A DNA stretch of 34,089 nt from an uncultured archaeon (lineage in GTDB: Archaea; Aenigmatarchaeota; Aenigmatarchaeia; Aenigmatarchaeales; Aenigmatarchaeaceae), in NCBI GenBank assembly GCA_964654075.1, contig CAZZIA010000001.1, positions 1-34,089 on the forward strand, in the 5' to 3' direction. The position numbers and the translations under genes are program-made. Of the stretch, positions 1-7,547 are shown piece after piece (position 1 is the first letter of the stretch; every line of letters starts with the position of its first letter). The notes under the pieces are model-generated. The model saw nothing but the letters and a program-made list of their open reading frames with translations, ran no database searches and was not told the DNA's origin.

Positions 1-2
1 TC

Positions 3-233
3 CGCAAACTAAAAAAGAAATACGTATTTGGTTATGAATTTCTAAAGGTTGGAGATTTTTATATTCCTGTTTCTGATATTGAAAAAACTTTTATTGATTT
101 GATATATTTCAAAGAGGTTCCAGACAGGAAAATCTTAAAAGAGATTGTTAGGAAAATAAATCGTGAAAAGTTAAAAAGATACCTGAAATCTTACCCGAGA
201 AGATTCAAAAAGAAATGTGTTGGATATCTTTAG
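3..233 (+). CDS. 3'-terminal fragment of a CDS entering from upstream of the window; possible AbiEi/COG5340-like regulator C-terminus
   Basis: Frame 3 is open from the window edge to TAG at 231-233: RKLKKKYVFGYEFLKVGDFYIPVSDIEKTFIDLIYFKEVPDRK... The segment 'VSDIEKTFIDLIY' resembles the conserved S-x-E-x-T-l-l-D-l motif of AbiEi-type proteins. This is recalled, not searched. Confidence 0.35.
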   Translation, partial: RKLKKKYVFGYEFLKVGDFYIPVSDIEKTFIDLIYFKEVPDRKILKEIVRKINREKLKRYLKSYPRRFKKKCVGYL

Positions 234-274
234 AAAAGATGTAGGTTACCAAAGAAGGTAACTAACATTTATTT

Positions 275-385
275 CTAGATTTCACGCACCGGCCAGCCAA
301 TGCCAGGTCTTTTGAAACCGCACACTGGACAGACTTTTTTCACAGGATCAACTGCATTTCTGCATTTCACACAATAGCTCTCCAT
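275..385 (-). CDS. small zinc-ribbon protein (36 aa)
   Basis: Hand translation gives MESYCVKCRNAVDPVKKVCPVCGFKRPGIGWPVREI*, with two CxxC pairs. It starts 5 nt after the stop of the upstream same-strand ORF. It is below the length cutoff of the ORF track. Confidence 0.35.
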   Translation of the reverse strand: MESYCVKCRNAVDPVKKVCPVCGFKRPGIGWPVREI

Positions 386-389
386 ATTA

Positions 390-1235
390 CTAGCTCCAGA
401 AAACAATTACCTCAGCTTCTTCTATTTCATACTTTGTGTTCGGATCTGTTAAAAGATCGACTTTGTTCGATAGCCTTAGCAAGGCAGGTGAGAAATCAGC
501 TATCACAGTTGTTGTTCTTTCCCTAACTTTAGGTGATTTTCTGTAAACATCATTTCCATTTATTTTTATTATTATGTTCCCATCTCCTTCTTTTTTATTT
601 ATGAATAGAACAACTCTTGCTTCTGTTAGATCTTTTAGCTCAAGATCTGTTAAATTAAATTCAAATGTTTTTTCCTCAATGCCTAGATAGCTAACAAAAA
701 GGCTTGAATTAAAAATGTAAACAGTTGGCGCCCAGATTTTCCAGCCGGAGCTTCCAGCTAACGCTTCAAAAATATTTACTTCCTTTATCAAGCTTGTTGG
801 AAAGTTAAAAGAATGGGCTCCTGGAAAAGAGAAATTGTTAAATACCTTTTGCCCGTTTAAAGCAAAAATTATTTTTCCGTATAAATTTGCATCTTCTACT
901 GTAAAATTCGCTTTCGAATCAACTATTTGATTAAGCTTTTCTTTTGAAATTGCAAACTCGATTTTTTTGTTAACCCCACCGAAAATCCCGTTTGAAATTT
1001 GTCCATTGAGTTCTGTTGCAAGCTCTTCTTTTGCTGTATAGCTAACAGAAAAATCCTTTGCTAGTGAGATGTGTCTATATTCCTCTGTAATAGCGGTTGG
1101 CGGTGTGGTGATAGCAGCCCCCTCTTCTAGTGGAGATACTGGTGTAGTTGGCACCGGACCGCCAAAAAGCAGAAGCAATGCTGCAAATAAAAGAACAGCT
1201 ACCGCAAGTATTGAGATAAACTCAATTTCAGCCAT
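390..1235 (-). CDS. membrane-anchored/secreted hypothetical protein
   Basis: 281-aa ORF. N-terminal hydrophobic anchor MAEIEFISILAVAVLLFAALLLLFGG is followed by a Pro/Thr-rich linker and a beta-rich body. No recognisable family motif. Confidence 0.6.
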   Translation of the reverse strand: MAEIEFISILAVAVLLFAALLLLFGGPVPTTPVSPLEEGAAITTPPTAITEEYRHISLAKDFSVSYTAKEELATELNGQISNGIFGGVNKKIEFAISKEKLNQIVDSKANFTVEDANLYGKIIFALNGQKVFNNFSFPGAHSFNFPTSLIKEVNIFEALAGSSGWKIWAPTVYIFNSSLFVSYLGIEEKTFEFNLTDLELKDLTEARVVLFINKKEGDGNIIIKINGNDVYRKSPKVRERTTTVIADFSPALLRLSNKVDLLTDPNTKYEIEEAEVIVFWS

Positions 1236-1273
1236 GCCTATAGTTTAAATTTACAAGAATAAAAATATTCCTC

Positions 1274-2260
1274 ATGCAGTCAAAATTTGATATAAAGCAT
1301 AATAAAGCAATTGTAAAGCCTGAAAATACAGATGACCTTTTTATACTTTCTCAGATAATTCAGCCTGGAGCTTTTGTTAGGGCCAGGACCATACGTTCTG
1401 TGGAAATAAAAAGAGATAAGGAAAGGATAAAAGTTGGTAAAAGGCCTGTTACATTAAAAATTCAGATTGAAAAAATTGAACTTAACCAAAGGCTAAGACT
1501 TGGCGGAAAAATTGTTGAAGGTCCAGAAGATATTGAAAAGGGCTGGCATAGCATTTTAGTTGAGCCTATGCAACAGCTAACAATTGAAAAGGAATGGAAA
1601 GGCTGGGAAATTGAAAGAATAAAAAAAGCTCAAAAAAAGGCAGAGCCTGTTCTAGTTTGCATTTTAGATGAAAGGGAGGCTGATTTTTATTTAATTGAAC
1701 AAAGGGCACAGCACATTTTACACATAAGTTGCGGCAGCTTAGGAAAAGAAGCAGGAATTTCCAGAAAGCCTGAATATTATGGAAATATACTAGCTGAGCT
1801 AAAAAGAAGGGAAGAAAGGCATATTATACTAGCTGGCCCAGGATTCGCCAGAGAAGAGCTACATAAGCAAATTCCAGAAAAAGAAAGAGTAATAGCAGAA
1901 AGTTGCTCCCACGCTGGAGAAAGGGGATTGCAGGAAATTTTAAAAAGAAAAGTATTGGACCGCCTTGTCAAAGTATCAAGGATAGTCGAAGAAACAAAAG
2001 CAGTTGAAATGCTGCTAGAAGAAATTGCAAAAGAAGGAAAAGCTGTTTATGGGCTAGAACAAACTAAAGCAGCAATAGAATCTGGAGCTGTTGAACTTTT
2101 GCTTATATCTGATAAAAAAGTTAGAGAGCTTGAAAATCTATTAGAACTAGCAGAAAAGATGAAAGGCAAAATAATGATCGTTTCTTCTGAACATGAAGCT
2201 GGTGAGAAGCTGTTTGGCCTTGGTGGAATAGCTGCGCTGCTTAGGTATAAAATCTACTAA
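1274..2260 (+). CDS. pelA: Pelota (Dom34) mRNA surveillance / ribosome rescue factor
   Basis: 328 aa. The N-terminus (K..NKAIVKPENTDDLFILSQIIQPGAFVRARTIR) and the eRF1-like central and C-terminal domains (ILAGPGF..., YGLEQTKAAIESGAVELLLISD) are typical of archaeal Pelota. Confidence 0.9.
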   Translation: MQSKFDIKHNKAIVKPENTDDLFILSQIIQPGAFVRARTIRSVEIKRDKERIKVGKRPVTLKIQIEKIELNQRLRLGGKIVEGPEDIEKGWHSILVEPMQQLTIEKEWKGWEIERIKKAQKKAEPVLVCILDEREADFYLIEQRAQHILHISCGSLGKEAGISRKPEYYGNILAELKRREERHIILAGPGFAREELHKQIPEKERVIAESCSHAGERGLQEILKRKVLDRLVKVSRIVEETKAVEMLLEEIAKEGKAVYGLEQTKAAIESGAVELLLISDKKVRELENLLELAEKMKGKIMIVSSEHEAGEKLFGLGGIAALLRYKIY

Positions 2261-2277
2261 TACTTATATTGTGAGAA

Positions 2278-2472
2278 TTGCAAACTAATTGTATGGATAT
2301 TAAACTATATCTTGGGATTTTTCTGGCAGTGGTAATCGCAGATATCATATCAACTCTTCTAGCAATACCTATGTTCTTTGGCTTTCCATTTGAAAGATCT
2401 ATTGTATCTGCAATTATAGTGATAATATTTTACTTCCTGCTAGCAAGATTCTTGATCAAAGGCCCGGCCTAG
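2278..2472 (+). CDS. small two-TM membrane protein (hypothetical)
   Basis: 64-aa ORF, almost entirely hydrophobic. Its 3' end overlaps the convergent methyltransferase gene by 17 nt. Confidence 0.3.
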   Translation: MQTNCMDIKLYLGIFLAVVIADIISTLLAIPMFFGFPFERSIVSAIIVIIFYFLLARFLIKGPA

Positions 2473-2947
2473 AGCAAATAACTACAGCATCCCATTCTTG
2501 CTTAGCTTTAACAATAAAGCTTTCCTTAATTTTAAATCCATTTAATTTGTTTTTTAATTGATCTAATTTTTCCTTTGAGTTATATCTGTTGCAAAATATG
2601 GAAATTATAAAAATACCATTTTTATCTAAAATCTCTTTAACCTGAGCTAAAAATCCTTTTTCAAGCAAGTGAACAATGTCTATGCAAAAGATTGTTTTAA
2701 AACAGTCTTTTTTGAACGGCAGATGGCTTGCATCTCCCAGAACTTTTAGCCCTTTGGCTTTTTTCAAATTCTTCATGTCAATATCAATAGCAACTGCTGG
2801 TAGAAATTCTTCTAAAAAACCTGGGCCGGAACCGATATCTAAAATCCTCTCTTTTGCTTCAACATGCTTGAGAATTTGTTCTATTTTTTCTTTCTGGGTA
2901 GTTTCCATCCATTTATCATATATTTCTTTAGTTAGCATAATAAACAT
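2456..2947 (-). CDS. class I SAM-dependent methyltransferase
   Basis: 163 aa. Motif I ILDIGSGPGFLEEFL, with post-I/II acidic residues (AIDID, LGDASHLPF). Confidence 0.8.
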   Translation of the reverse strand: MFIMLTKEIYDKWMETTQKEKIEQILKHVEAKERILDIGSGPGFLEEFLPAVAIDIDMKNLKKAKGLKVLGDASHLPFKKDCFKTIFCIDIVHLLEKGFLAQVKEILDKNGIFIISIFCNRYNSKEKLDQLKNKLNGFKIKESFIVKAKQEWDAVVICSRPGL

Positions 2948-2987
2948 TAAATTTTTAACTTTTTAATATGAAAGTCGAAATATCTTT

Positions 2988-3755
2988 ATGCTTCAAAAAC
3001 TGTTAAATCTTTTTTTGCTTAAAGATCATCTTATCTATGGAATAGTGCTTGGCTTTTTTGCTGTAACAATCGGTATGCTTGTTGCAACTTTTATATCTCC
3101 TAGCTCACCATCGATTGTCGGCTTATTTTTTGCCACCCTAGCAATAATGCCGGTTACATTTTCTGCATTAAGAAGGCAAGAAGTTGTAAAAATTAAAGAA
3201 GTTTTGCCTAAATATAAGAAATTGGCTGAACTGTATTTTTATTTATTTTTTGGCATGGCCTTGGCATTTGCCTTCTGGTTCACTGTTTTGCCAGAGCCGA
3301 TATCTAGCTGGTTGTTTAAAGAGCAAATACAGAGGTTTGCTATTGGCTATTTTTCTCAGACTTATGCCACATTGCTTAGTATTTTAATAAATAATCTTGG
3401 TTTGGTTTTTCTGTTTTTTATTTTATCAATTGTATATGGCATGGGCTCTCTTTTTTTGCTGAGCTGGAATGCATCAATATTAGGCCTTATGTGGGGCAAT
3501 GCAATGAAAGCTTTGATTTTCTTTTTTGAACCATCGGTCTTCTTTAGAAACACGATTTTTATCCTGCCTTATATGCTTCCTGAGGTTGCAGCATATTTCA
3601 TAGCAGCAATTGCTGGCGGGATAATTTATGTAAACATAATAAAAAAGCAAAAGCTAAAAAATGCAATCAAGGATTCCTTAGTTCTGTTAAATATAGCAAT
3701 AGCCCTAATCATTTTAGCTGCTGGAATAGAAACTGTAATGCTGGCTATATTTTAA
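2988..3755 (+). CDS. SpoIIM/DUF95-like polytopic membrane protein
   Basis: 255 aa with multiple TM segments. 'LSWNASILG' and 'LPYMLPEVAAYFIAAIAGG' match the conserved hG-x-x-E-hP-A core of the stage II sporulation protein M family. Confidence 0.6.
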   Translation: MLQKLLNLFLLKDHLIYGIVLGFFAVTIGMLVATFISPSSPSIVGLFFATLAIMPVTFSALRRQEVVKIKEVLPKYKKLAELYFYLFFGMALAFAFWFTVLPEPISSWLFKEQIQRFAIGYFSQTYATLLSILINNLGLVFLFFILSIVYGMGSLFLLSWNASILGLMWGNAMKALIFFFEPSVFFRNTIFILPYMLPEVAAYFIAAIAGGIIYVNIIKKQKLKNAIKDSLVLLNIAIALIILAAGIETVMLAIF

Positions 3756-3774
3756 AGCCTTTAGAAAAGGCTTT
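3754..3774. terminator. perfect 9-bp stem / 3-nt loop hairpin between convergent genes
   Basis: AAAGCCTTT-AGA-AAAGGCTTT starts inside the stop codon of the 2988..3755 gene and lies just upstream of the convergent GNAT gene end. Confidence 0.4.
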
Positions 3775-3811
3775 ATCGAAAAATTCTTTGTTAAATCTTT
3801 CTTTTCACCGT

Positions 3812-4252
3812 CTATAAATATTTACAGAAAATTATTGCATCCTTTCCTTTGTTGAACCAGTCCTTGACGCGTCCCAATTCCCTGTAGCCCATTGCTTTAT
3901 GCCATTGAATTGATGGCTTGTCTTTTGAATAGACGTCTGTCATAATCCTCTCAATGCCTCTTTTCTTTAACACTGTAGAACACTTGTTAAAAAGAAACGT
4001 GCCTAGACGTCGGCGCCTTAAATCAGTTTTTATAATTATTAACCAGCCCCATGCAGTACGACCCCAGGCATCGCAGGTAAATCTGGCGCCGATTATTTTT
4101 CCCTTATCCTCAAGAACCCAGCATGACTTTGGATTGAACTTGATTATCCACTTCAAGGTCTCTTTGTCAAACCAATTTTCTTTTTTGAAATCATCTTTTG
4201 ATAAATTATATACAATATCCATATCAGATAGTTTTGCGTATCTTATCCGCAT
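3812..4252 (-). CDS. GNAT family N-acetyltransferase (intact copy)
   Basis: The ORF track entry 3812..4288 reads through the tRNA-Ala 3' end. The true start is probably MRIRYAKL at 4252, preceded by a GTGAT SD 4 nt upstream. Acetyl-CoA motif A is present (RRRRLGTFLFNKCSTVLKKRG). Confidence 0.8.
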   Translation of the reverse strand: MRIRYAKLSDMDIVYNLSKDDFKKENWFDKETLKWIIKFNPKSCWVLEDKGKIIGARFTCDAWGRTAWGWLIIIKTDLRRRRLGTFLFNKCSTVLKKRGIERIMTDVYSKDKPSIQWHKAMGYRELGRVKDWFNKGKDAIIFCKYL

Positions 4253-4264
4253 GTCAATCACGAA

Positions 4265-4396
4265 TGGTGGACCCGCTGGGATTCTCAAAACCCTTTTGAT
4301 TAACTTTTTTCTAAAAGGTTATTTGAACCCAGGATCTCTTCCATGCCATTTCCGGATTTCTCCTAAGGAAGCGTCTTTCCGCTGGACCACGGGCCC
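4265..4396 (-). tRNA. tRNA-Ala(GGC), 2 introns (17 nt at 33/34, coordinates 4348-4364; 40 nt at 59/60, coordinates 4282-4321), CCA encoded
   Basis: Hand fold: GGGCCCG TG GTCC-AGCGGAA-AGAC G CTTCC TT|..|GGCAT GGAAG AGATC CTGGG TTCAAA|..|T CCCAG CGGGTCC A CCA. The G3:U70 Ala identity pair is present. The BHB central helices are TTCC/GGAA and TTCA/TGAG, each with 3-nt bulges. The spliced length is 75 nt. Confidence 0.85.
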
Positions 4397-6090
4397 TTAT
4401 AATTTTTATAAATTTTAAATAATTTATCCACTGTCCTTTTGTTTATTACCTTTATTTTATGACCACCGCTTCCATTAAAATGAGCACACCTATGACTTAA
4501 TACGGCGCCAGAAAATGTTTTTGGAATGTGACAATTATGAGTAAATATTCCAGAGCCGTGCATGAAATTTTTGTTTTTTTCTACCTCTATGTTATAGAAG
4601 TATTTTTTATGGTATTTCCCCCCTTTAACTCTCCTTATTCTAATGTATTTCAAATCTTTAAAGTTCTTTTCATGTTTCATTACCTTAATTTTTCTTATAT
4701 CTTTTTCCAAACCCCTATACTTAATAGCTAAATTACAATACTTCATAAATTTTGGTAAGAAAAATGTTTGTATGGCTATATCTTGCTCGTTTCTTCTTAA
4801 TCTGCCAACTATTTTTAATTTATTTAACAATAAAAGTATGCCGAAAATTAACTCTTTACTTTTAGAAAAGCCGGACAATACTATTGAGTTGGTTCTTTTA
4901 TTTATATTTATTTGGCCGTCTCCAGCAAACCAACCATCAATCAATCCTGCTATAAATTCATCAGGAGCATAAAAAACAAATGGTGGTATTTTTTTATATC
5001 GAGCCTTTTCGCCAAATCCTAATATATTGGATATTATATCTTGTAGAAATCTGCTATACACATATATAACTTTACAATTATTTTTAGTAGTTCTTTCCTT
5101 TGGATTTGCATTAAATCTCTTCTTTAGGACATATTTTATAAATTTATGATACTCTTTTTCATCTAGGTTAAAGCTAAATGAAACTGAACCTGCAGCATGA
5201 TCTATACTACCTTCACTCAAATAAAATCCGAAAAACCTTCCTAACTCATTATCCAGTATTAATTTTGATGGTATAACTGTAGATACGACGCCTTTCTTCA
5301 TTAACAGTCCATTTTCAATTTTTATTTCATCGAGTCTGTTTTTCTCTTTGAAAATGTTAAATAAGTTTATTTCTTTCACTTTTCTTTCAAGCTTCGGTAA
5401 AGAAAATAGTTCTGGTATTCTTATGTATAATTTTTCGTTTAAAATATCTTTAGCTGCACAATTTCTTAGTTTTACATAACCTTTAGGATGCTCATAAGAA
5501 TATCCGTGCTTTGTGAAAATAATGCCATGAGATGGGCTCGTTCTAATTATTCTACCATCTCTTGTAATTACCTTTATAATCTCTTTTTCTTTATTGTTTC
5601 TTCTCATTAATTTTTTAATACTTTTCATTTCAACTTTTCTTGTCTTAATGTCAATTGATATAACATTATATTTTTTTGAAGGATTTACCCATTCAATATT
5701 GTCTAATATATTTATTTTTTTAGCCAATTTAAACTCATTTTCTATGAGCTCGCCGATATCTTTGATTTTTAATCCCTCTCCATCCTCAATAACAATCTTC
5801 TCTTCATATGGAAGGCATAATTCATGTAACATCGTCTTCTGCTTCTCCTCTTCGCTCAATTCATCAAAGTTTTCGCTGACAGCCTCTATAACATAGTGGG
5901 CATCGACGCCCAAAGCCTTCTGCCATATTTTCGGCAACGACCATATCCGCGCATAAGCTCGGCTCGTGCTCTTGAAAGACCGCATGCACACCAGTCTGTC
6001 GACATCAATGTAATCTAGATTTAATTTTTTGACTATATCTTTGATAATTTCCTTTATGTCTGGCGCTGATTCGACTTTCATAAGAATCAT
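4363..6090 (-). CDS. predicted small Zn-metallopeptidase (HExxH, archaeal COG4900-like) interrupted by an intein
   Basis: The exteins (91 aa + 56 aa) read ...RAYARIWSLPKIWQKALGVDAHYVIEAVSENFDELSEEEKQKTMLHEL / CHIPKTFSGAVLSHR.... After splicing this gives HELCH. The last 34 nt of the ORF overlap the 5' part of tRNA-Ala on the same strand. Confidence 0.85.
   Translation of the reverse strand: MILMKVESAPDIKEIIKDIVKKLNLDYIDVDRLVCMRSFKSTSRAYARIWSLPKIWQKALGVDAHYVIEAVSENFDELSEEEKQKTMLHELCLPYEEKIVIEDGEGLKIKDIGELIENEFKLAKKINILDNIEWVNPSKKYNVISIDIKTRKVEMKSIKKLMRRNNKEKEIIKVITRDGRIIRTSPSHGIIFTKHGYSYEHPKGYVKLRNCAAKDILNEKLYIRIPELFSLPKLERKVKEINLFNIFKEKNRLDEIKIENGLLMKKGVVSTVIPSKLILDNELGRFFGFYLSEGSIDHAAGSVSFSFNLDEKEYHKFIKYVLKKRFNANPKERTTKNNCKVIYVYSRFLQDIISNILGFGEKARYKKIPPFVFYAPDEFIAGLIDGWFAGDGQININKRTNSIVLSGFSKSKELIFGILLLLNKLKIVGRLRRNEQDIAIQTFFLPKFMKYCNLAIKYRGLEKDIRKIKVMKHEKNFKDLKYIRIRRVKGGKYHKKYFYNIEVEKNKNFMHGSGIFTHNCHIPKTFSGAVLSHRCAHFNGSGGHKIKVINKRTVDKLFKIYKNYKGPWSSGKTLP
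4534..5817 (-). mobile_element. 428-aa class 1 intein with LAGLIDADG homing endonuclease domain
   Basis: N-terminal Cys (CLPYEEKIVIEDG, block A). Block B is GRIIRTSPSHGIIF. The LAGLIDADG motifs are LGRFFGFYLSEGSI and FIAGLIDGWFAGDGQI. Blocks F/G are YFYNIEVEKNKNFMHGSGIFTHN, followed by the +1 Cys. Codons at both junctions were checked by hand (TGC at 5817-5815; AAT TGT at 4536-4531). Confidence 0.85.
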
Positions 6091-6526
6091 AGTTGTTTTA
6101 GGAATATTATCGCATCTTTTCCTTTACCGAATCAATGTTTAACATGACCAACATCTTTGTAACCAACTTTCTTATGCCATTTAATTGATCCTTTATTTTT
6201 AGCATATGCATCGGTCAGTATTCTGCGATAACCCATTTTTTTCAATCTTTTGCAAGTTTCGTTGAAAAGAAATGTTCCAAACCCCTTCCCCGCATATCTT
6301 TTCTTATAACCAGCAACCAACTCCAGGCAGTCTCTCCCCAGCTCTCGAAAACAAATCTAGCCCCTATCAGCTTTCCTCTGTCCTCTAGTAACCACGTAAA
6401 TTCTGGATATTTCTCTATTAGATTTTTAATTAATTCCTTTTCAAACCAAAATTCTTCTTTAAAATCTTTAACACCAAGACTGTAAATATCGTTTATGTCA
6501 GATATTTTAGCATGCCGTATTTTCAT
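6087..6526 (-). pseudogene. GNAT N-acetyltransferase paralog, inactivated by a 1-nt deletion and a TGG->TGA change
   Basis: Track ORFs 6242..6553 and 6132..6320 are two frames of one gene roughly 50% identical to 3812..4252. The frame switches at ...RGRGL|GTFLF, where a G is missing in the run at ~6277-6278. The in-frame TGA at 6132-6134 aligns with Trp of the paralog (VKDWFNKGKDAIIF vs VKH*FGKGKDAIIF). The ancestral stop at 6087-6089 overlaps the ATG of the next gene. Confidence 0.8.
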
Positions 6527-6538
6527 AAAGATCACAAA

Positions 6539-6653
6539 TGGTGGGCCAGGCAAGATTTGAACTTGCGATATCTACCTTTCTTAGTGGTTTGTAAGGGTTG
6601 CACGTTTGCCATTAATGACAAACTTAGCGTCATAACCACTAGACCACTGGCCC
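6539..6653 (-). tRNA. tRNA-Val(UAC), 2 introns (27 nt at 29/30, coordinates 6598-6624; 12 nt at 37/38, coordinates 6578-6589), CCA encoded
   Basis: GGGCCAG TG GTCT-AGTGGTTA-TGAC G CTA|..|CC CTTACA|..|A GGTAG ATATC GCAAG TTCAAAT CTTGC CTGGCCC A CCA. The second intron has a perfect CTTA/TAAG central helix. The first has GTTTG/CAAAC plus a relaxed ACGC/GTGC helix. The spliced length is 76 nt. Confidence 0.8.
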
Positions 6654-6692
6654 TTTGCAAATTTTATTAAGTTTTGAAGTTATAAAAGCTTT

Positions 6693-7262
6693 ATGAAACT
6701 TAAAAGAGATTTCTATGCAAGAAATACGGAACTAGTGGCAAAGCAGCTGCTAGGAAAAATTCTTGCGTGTAAAACTTCAAAGGGAATTTGCAAAGGAAAA
6801 ATAGTTGAGACGGAAGCTTATTTTGGTAGCAAAGATCCGGCCTCACATGCATGGAAAATAACTCCAAGAAGCAAAATAATGCTTGGAAAGCCTGGCACAG
6901 CTTATGTTTATTTCACTTATGGTAATCATTTTATGTTTAATGCTGTGACAGAAAAATTAGGAAAGCCAGGAGCAGTTTTAATTAGAGCTATTGAGCCAAT
7001 AAAAGGAATTAAACTGATGCAAAAAAGAAGAGGAATAAAAGAAATAAAAAAACTTTGCAGTGGTCCTGGAAAGCTTACAAAATCTCTTGGGATCACAAAG
7101 TCGCAAAATGGTCTTGATTTAACAAAAAGCAGTTTGTACATAGAAACTGGACAAAAAGAAAGTTTTCAAATTGTTCGCACAAAAAGAATTGGAATTAAAA
7201 GAGGTAAAGAAAAGTTGCTCAGATTTTATATTAAAGGAAATGAATTTGTATCGAAAAGATAA
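6693..7262 (+). CDS. mpg: DNA-3-methyladenine glycosylase (Mpg/AAG family)
   Basis: 189 aa. FYARNTELVAKQLLGKIL, IVETEAYFGSKDPASHA and PGTAYVYFTYGNHFMFNAV are hallmark Mpg-family segments. Confidence 0.85.
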   Translation: MKLKRDFYARNTELVAKQLLGKILACKTSKGICKGKIVETEAYFGSKDPASHAWKITPRSKIMLGKPGTAYVYFTYGNHFMFNAVTEKLGKPGAVLIRAIEPIKGIKLMQKRRGIKEIKKLCSGPGKLTKSLGITKSQNGLDLTKSSLYIETGQKESFQIVRTKRIGIKRGKEKLLRFYIKGNEFVSKR

Positions 7263-7297
7263 TTTTGTAACTCAGAGTAGTGAATTATATTTAAATA

Positions 7298-7317
7298 TAA
7301 GTTATATGTATAACTTA
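7298..7317. promoter_or_regulatory. palindromic operator-like site overlapping the promoter of the 7320 gene
   Basis: TAAGTTATA-TG-TATAACTTA (9-bp arms) ends 2 nt before the ATG. An A/T-rich TATA-like stretch (ATTTAAATATA) lies just upstream. Confidence 0.35.
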
Positions 7318-7319
7318 GT

Positions 7320-7547
7320 ATGTTAAAAGAAAAATATCTATTTTTATCATTTGACATTCCTAGAGAAAAGGCTAGTTTCAGAGTCAAAATTTGGAGAAGG
7401 TTAAAGGAGATTGAAGCAAGGCAAAAACTTGGTTCTTATTGGATGCTTTCTTACTCAAAACAAAATCTAAACAATTTAAAAAAGATTGTTAAACAGATTA
7501 AAAAATCCAAAGGACGGGCTGAAATAATTGTTGGAAGATTGATTTAG
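7320..7547 (+). CDS. small ChrB-N-terminal/Cas2-like alpha/beta protein (hypothetical)
   Basis: 75 aa. YLFLSFDIPREKASFRVKIWRRLKEIEARQKLGSYWMLSY....GRAEIIVG follows the pattern of ChrB N-terminal-type domains (L-x-Y-x-hP-x-x-x-S-x-x-RV-x-hWR-x-L-x-x-x-GA-x-x-L-x-x-S-VW-x-LP ... G-G-x-A). Its stop overlaps the GTG start of the next gene (taGTG). Confidence 0.5.
   Translation: MLKEKYLFLSFDIPREKASFRVKIWRRLKEIEARQKLGSYWMLSYSKQNLNNLKKIVKQIKKSKGRAEIIVGRLI

Noticed and set aside
4253-4264. The conserved CCA-TTYGTGAT junction after several tRNAs, considered as a possible att/integration core.
   Set aside because: GTGAT matches the anti-SD complement used by many genes here (for example TTGTGATTAG-ATG at 9045-9055). 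The conservation is explained by a Shine-Dalgarno motif plus the tRNA CCA end.
3954-4418. A 154-aa plus-strand ORF, together with ORFs 4528..4731, 4643..4972 and 5594..5896.
   Set aside because: These are antisense shadows of the GNAT gene, tRNA-Ala and the intein gene. They have low-complexity F/L/I-rich translations typical of AT-rich antisense frames.
6132-6134. An in-frame TGA aligned with a Trp codon of the paralogous GNAT, which could hint at UGA=Trp recoding.
   Set aside because: TGA clearly functions as a stop elsewhere in the window, for example the ATGA overlaps at 13286-13289 and the top6B end at 22231-22233. The same gene also carries a frameshift, so a pseudogene is the simpler reading.
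7265-7290. TTGTAACTCAGAGTAGTGAA, which resembles a tRNA D-arm (GTAGCTCAGAG..) and could be a tRNA 5' fragment matching the cassette idea at the second LAGLIDADG locus.
   Set aside because: The similarity is only partial, with no acceptor or D-stem pairing, so it is too weak to call without a search.
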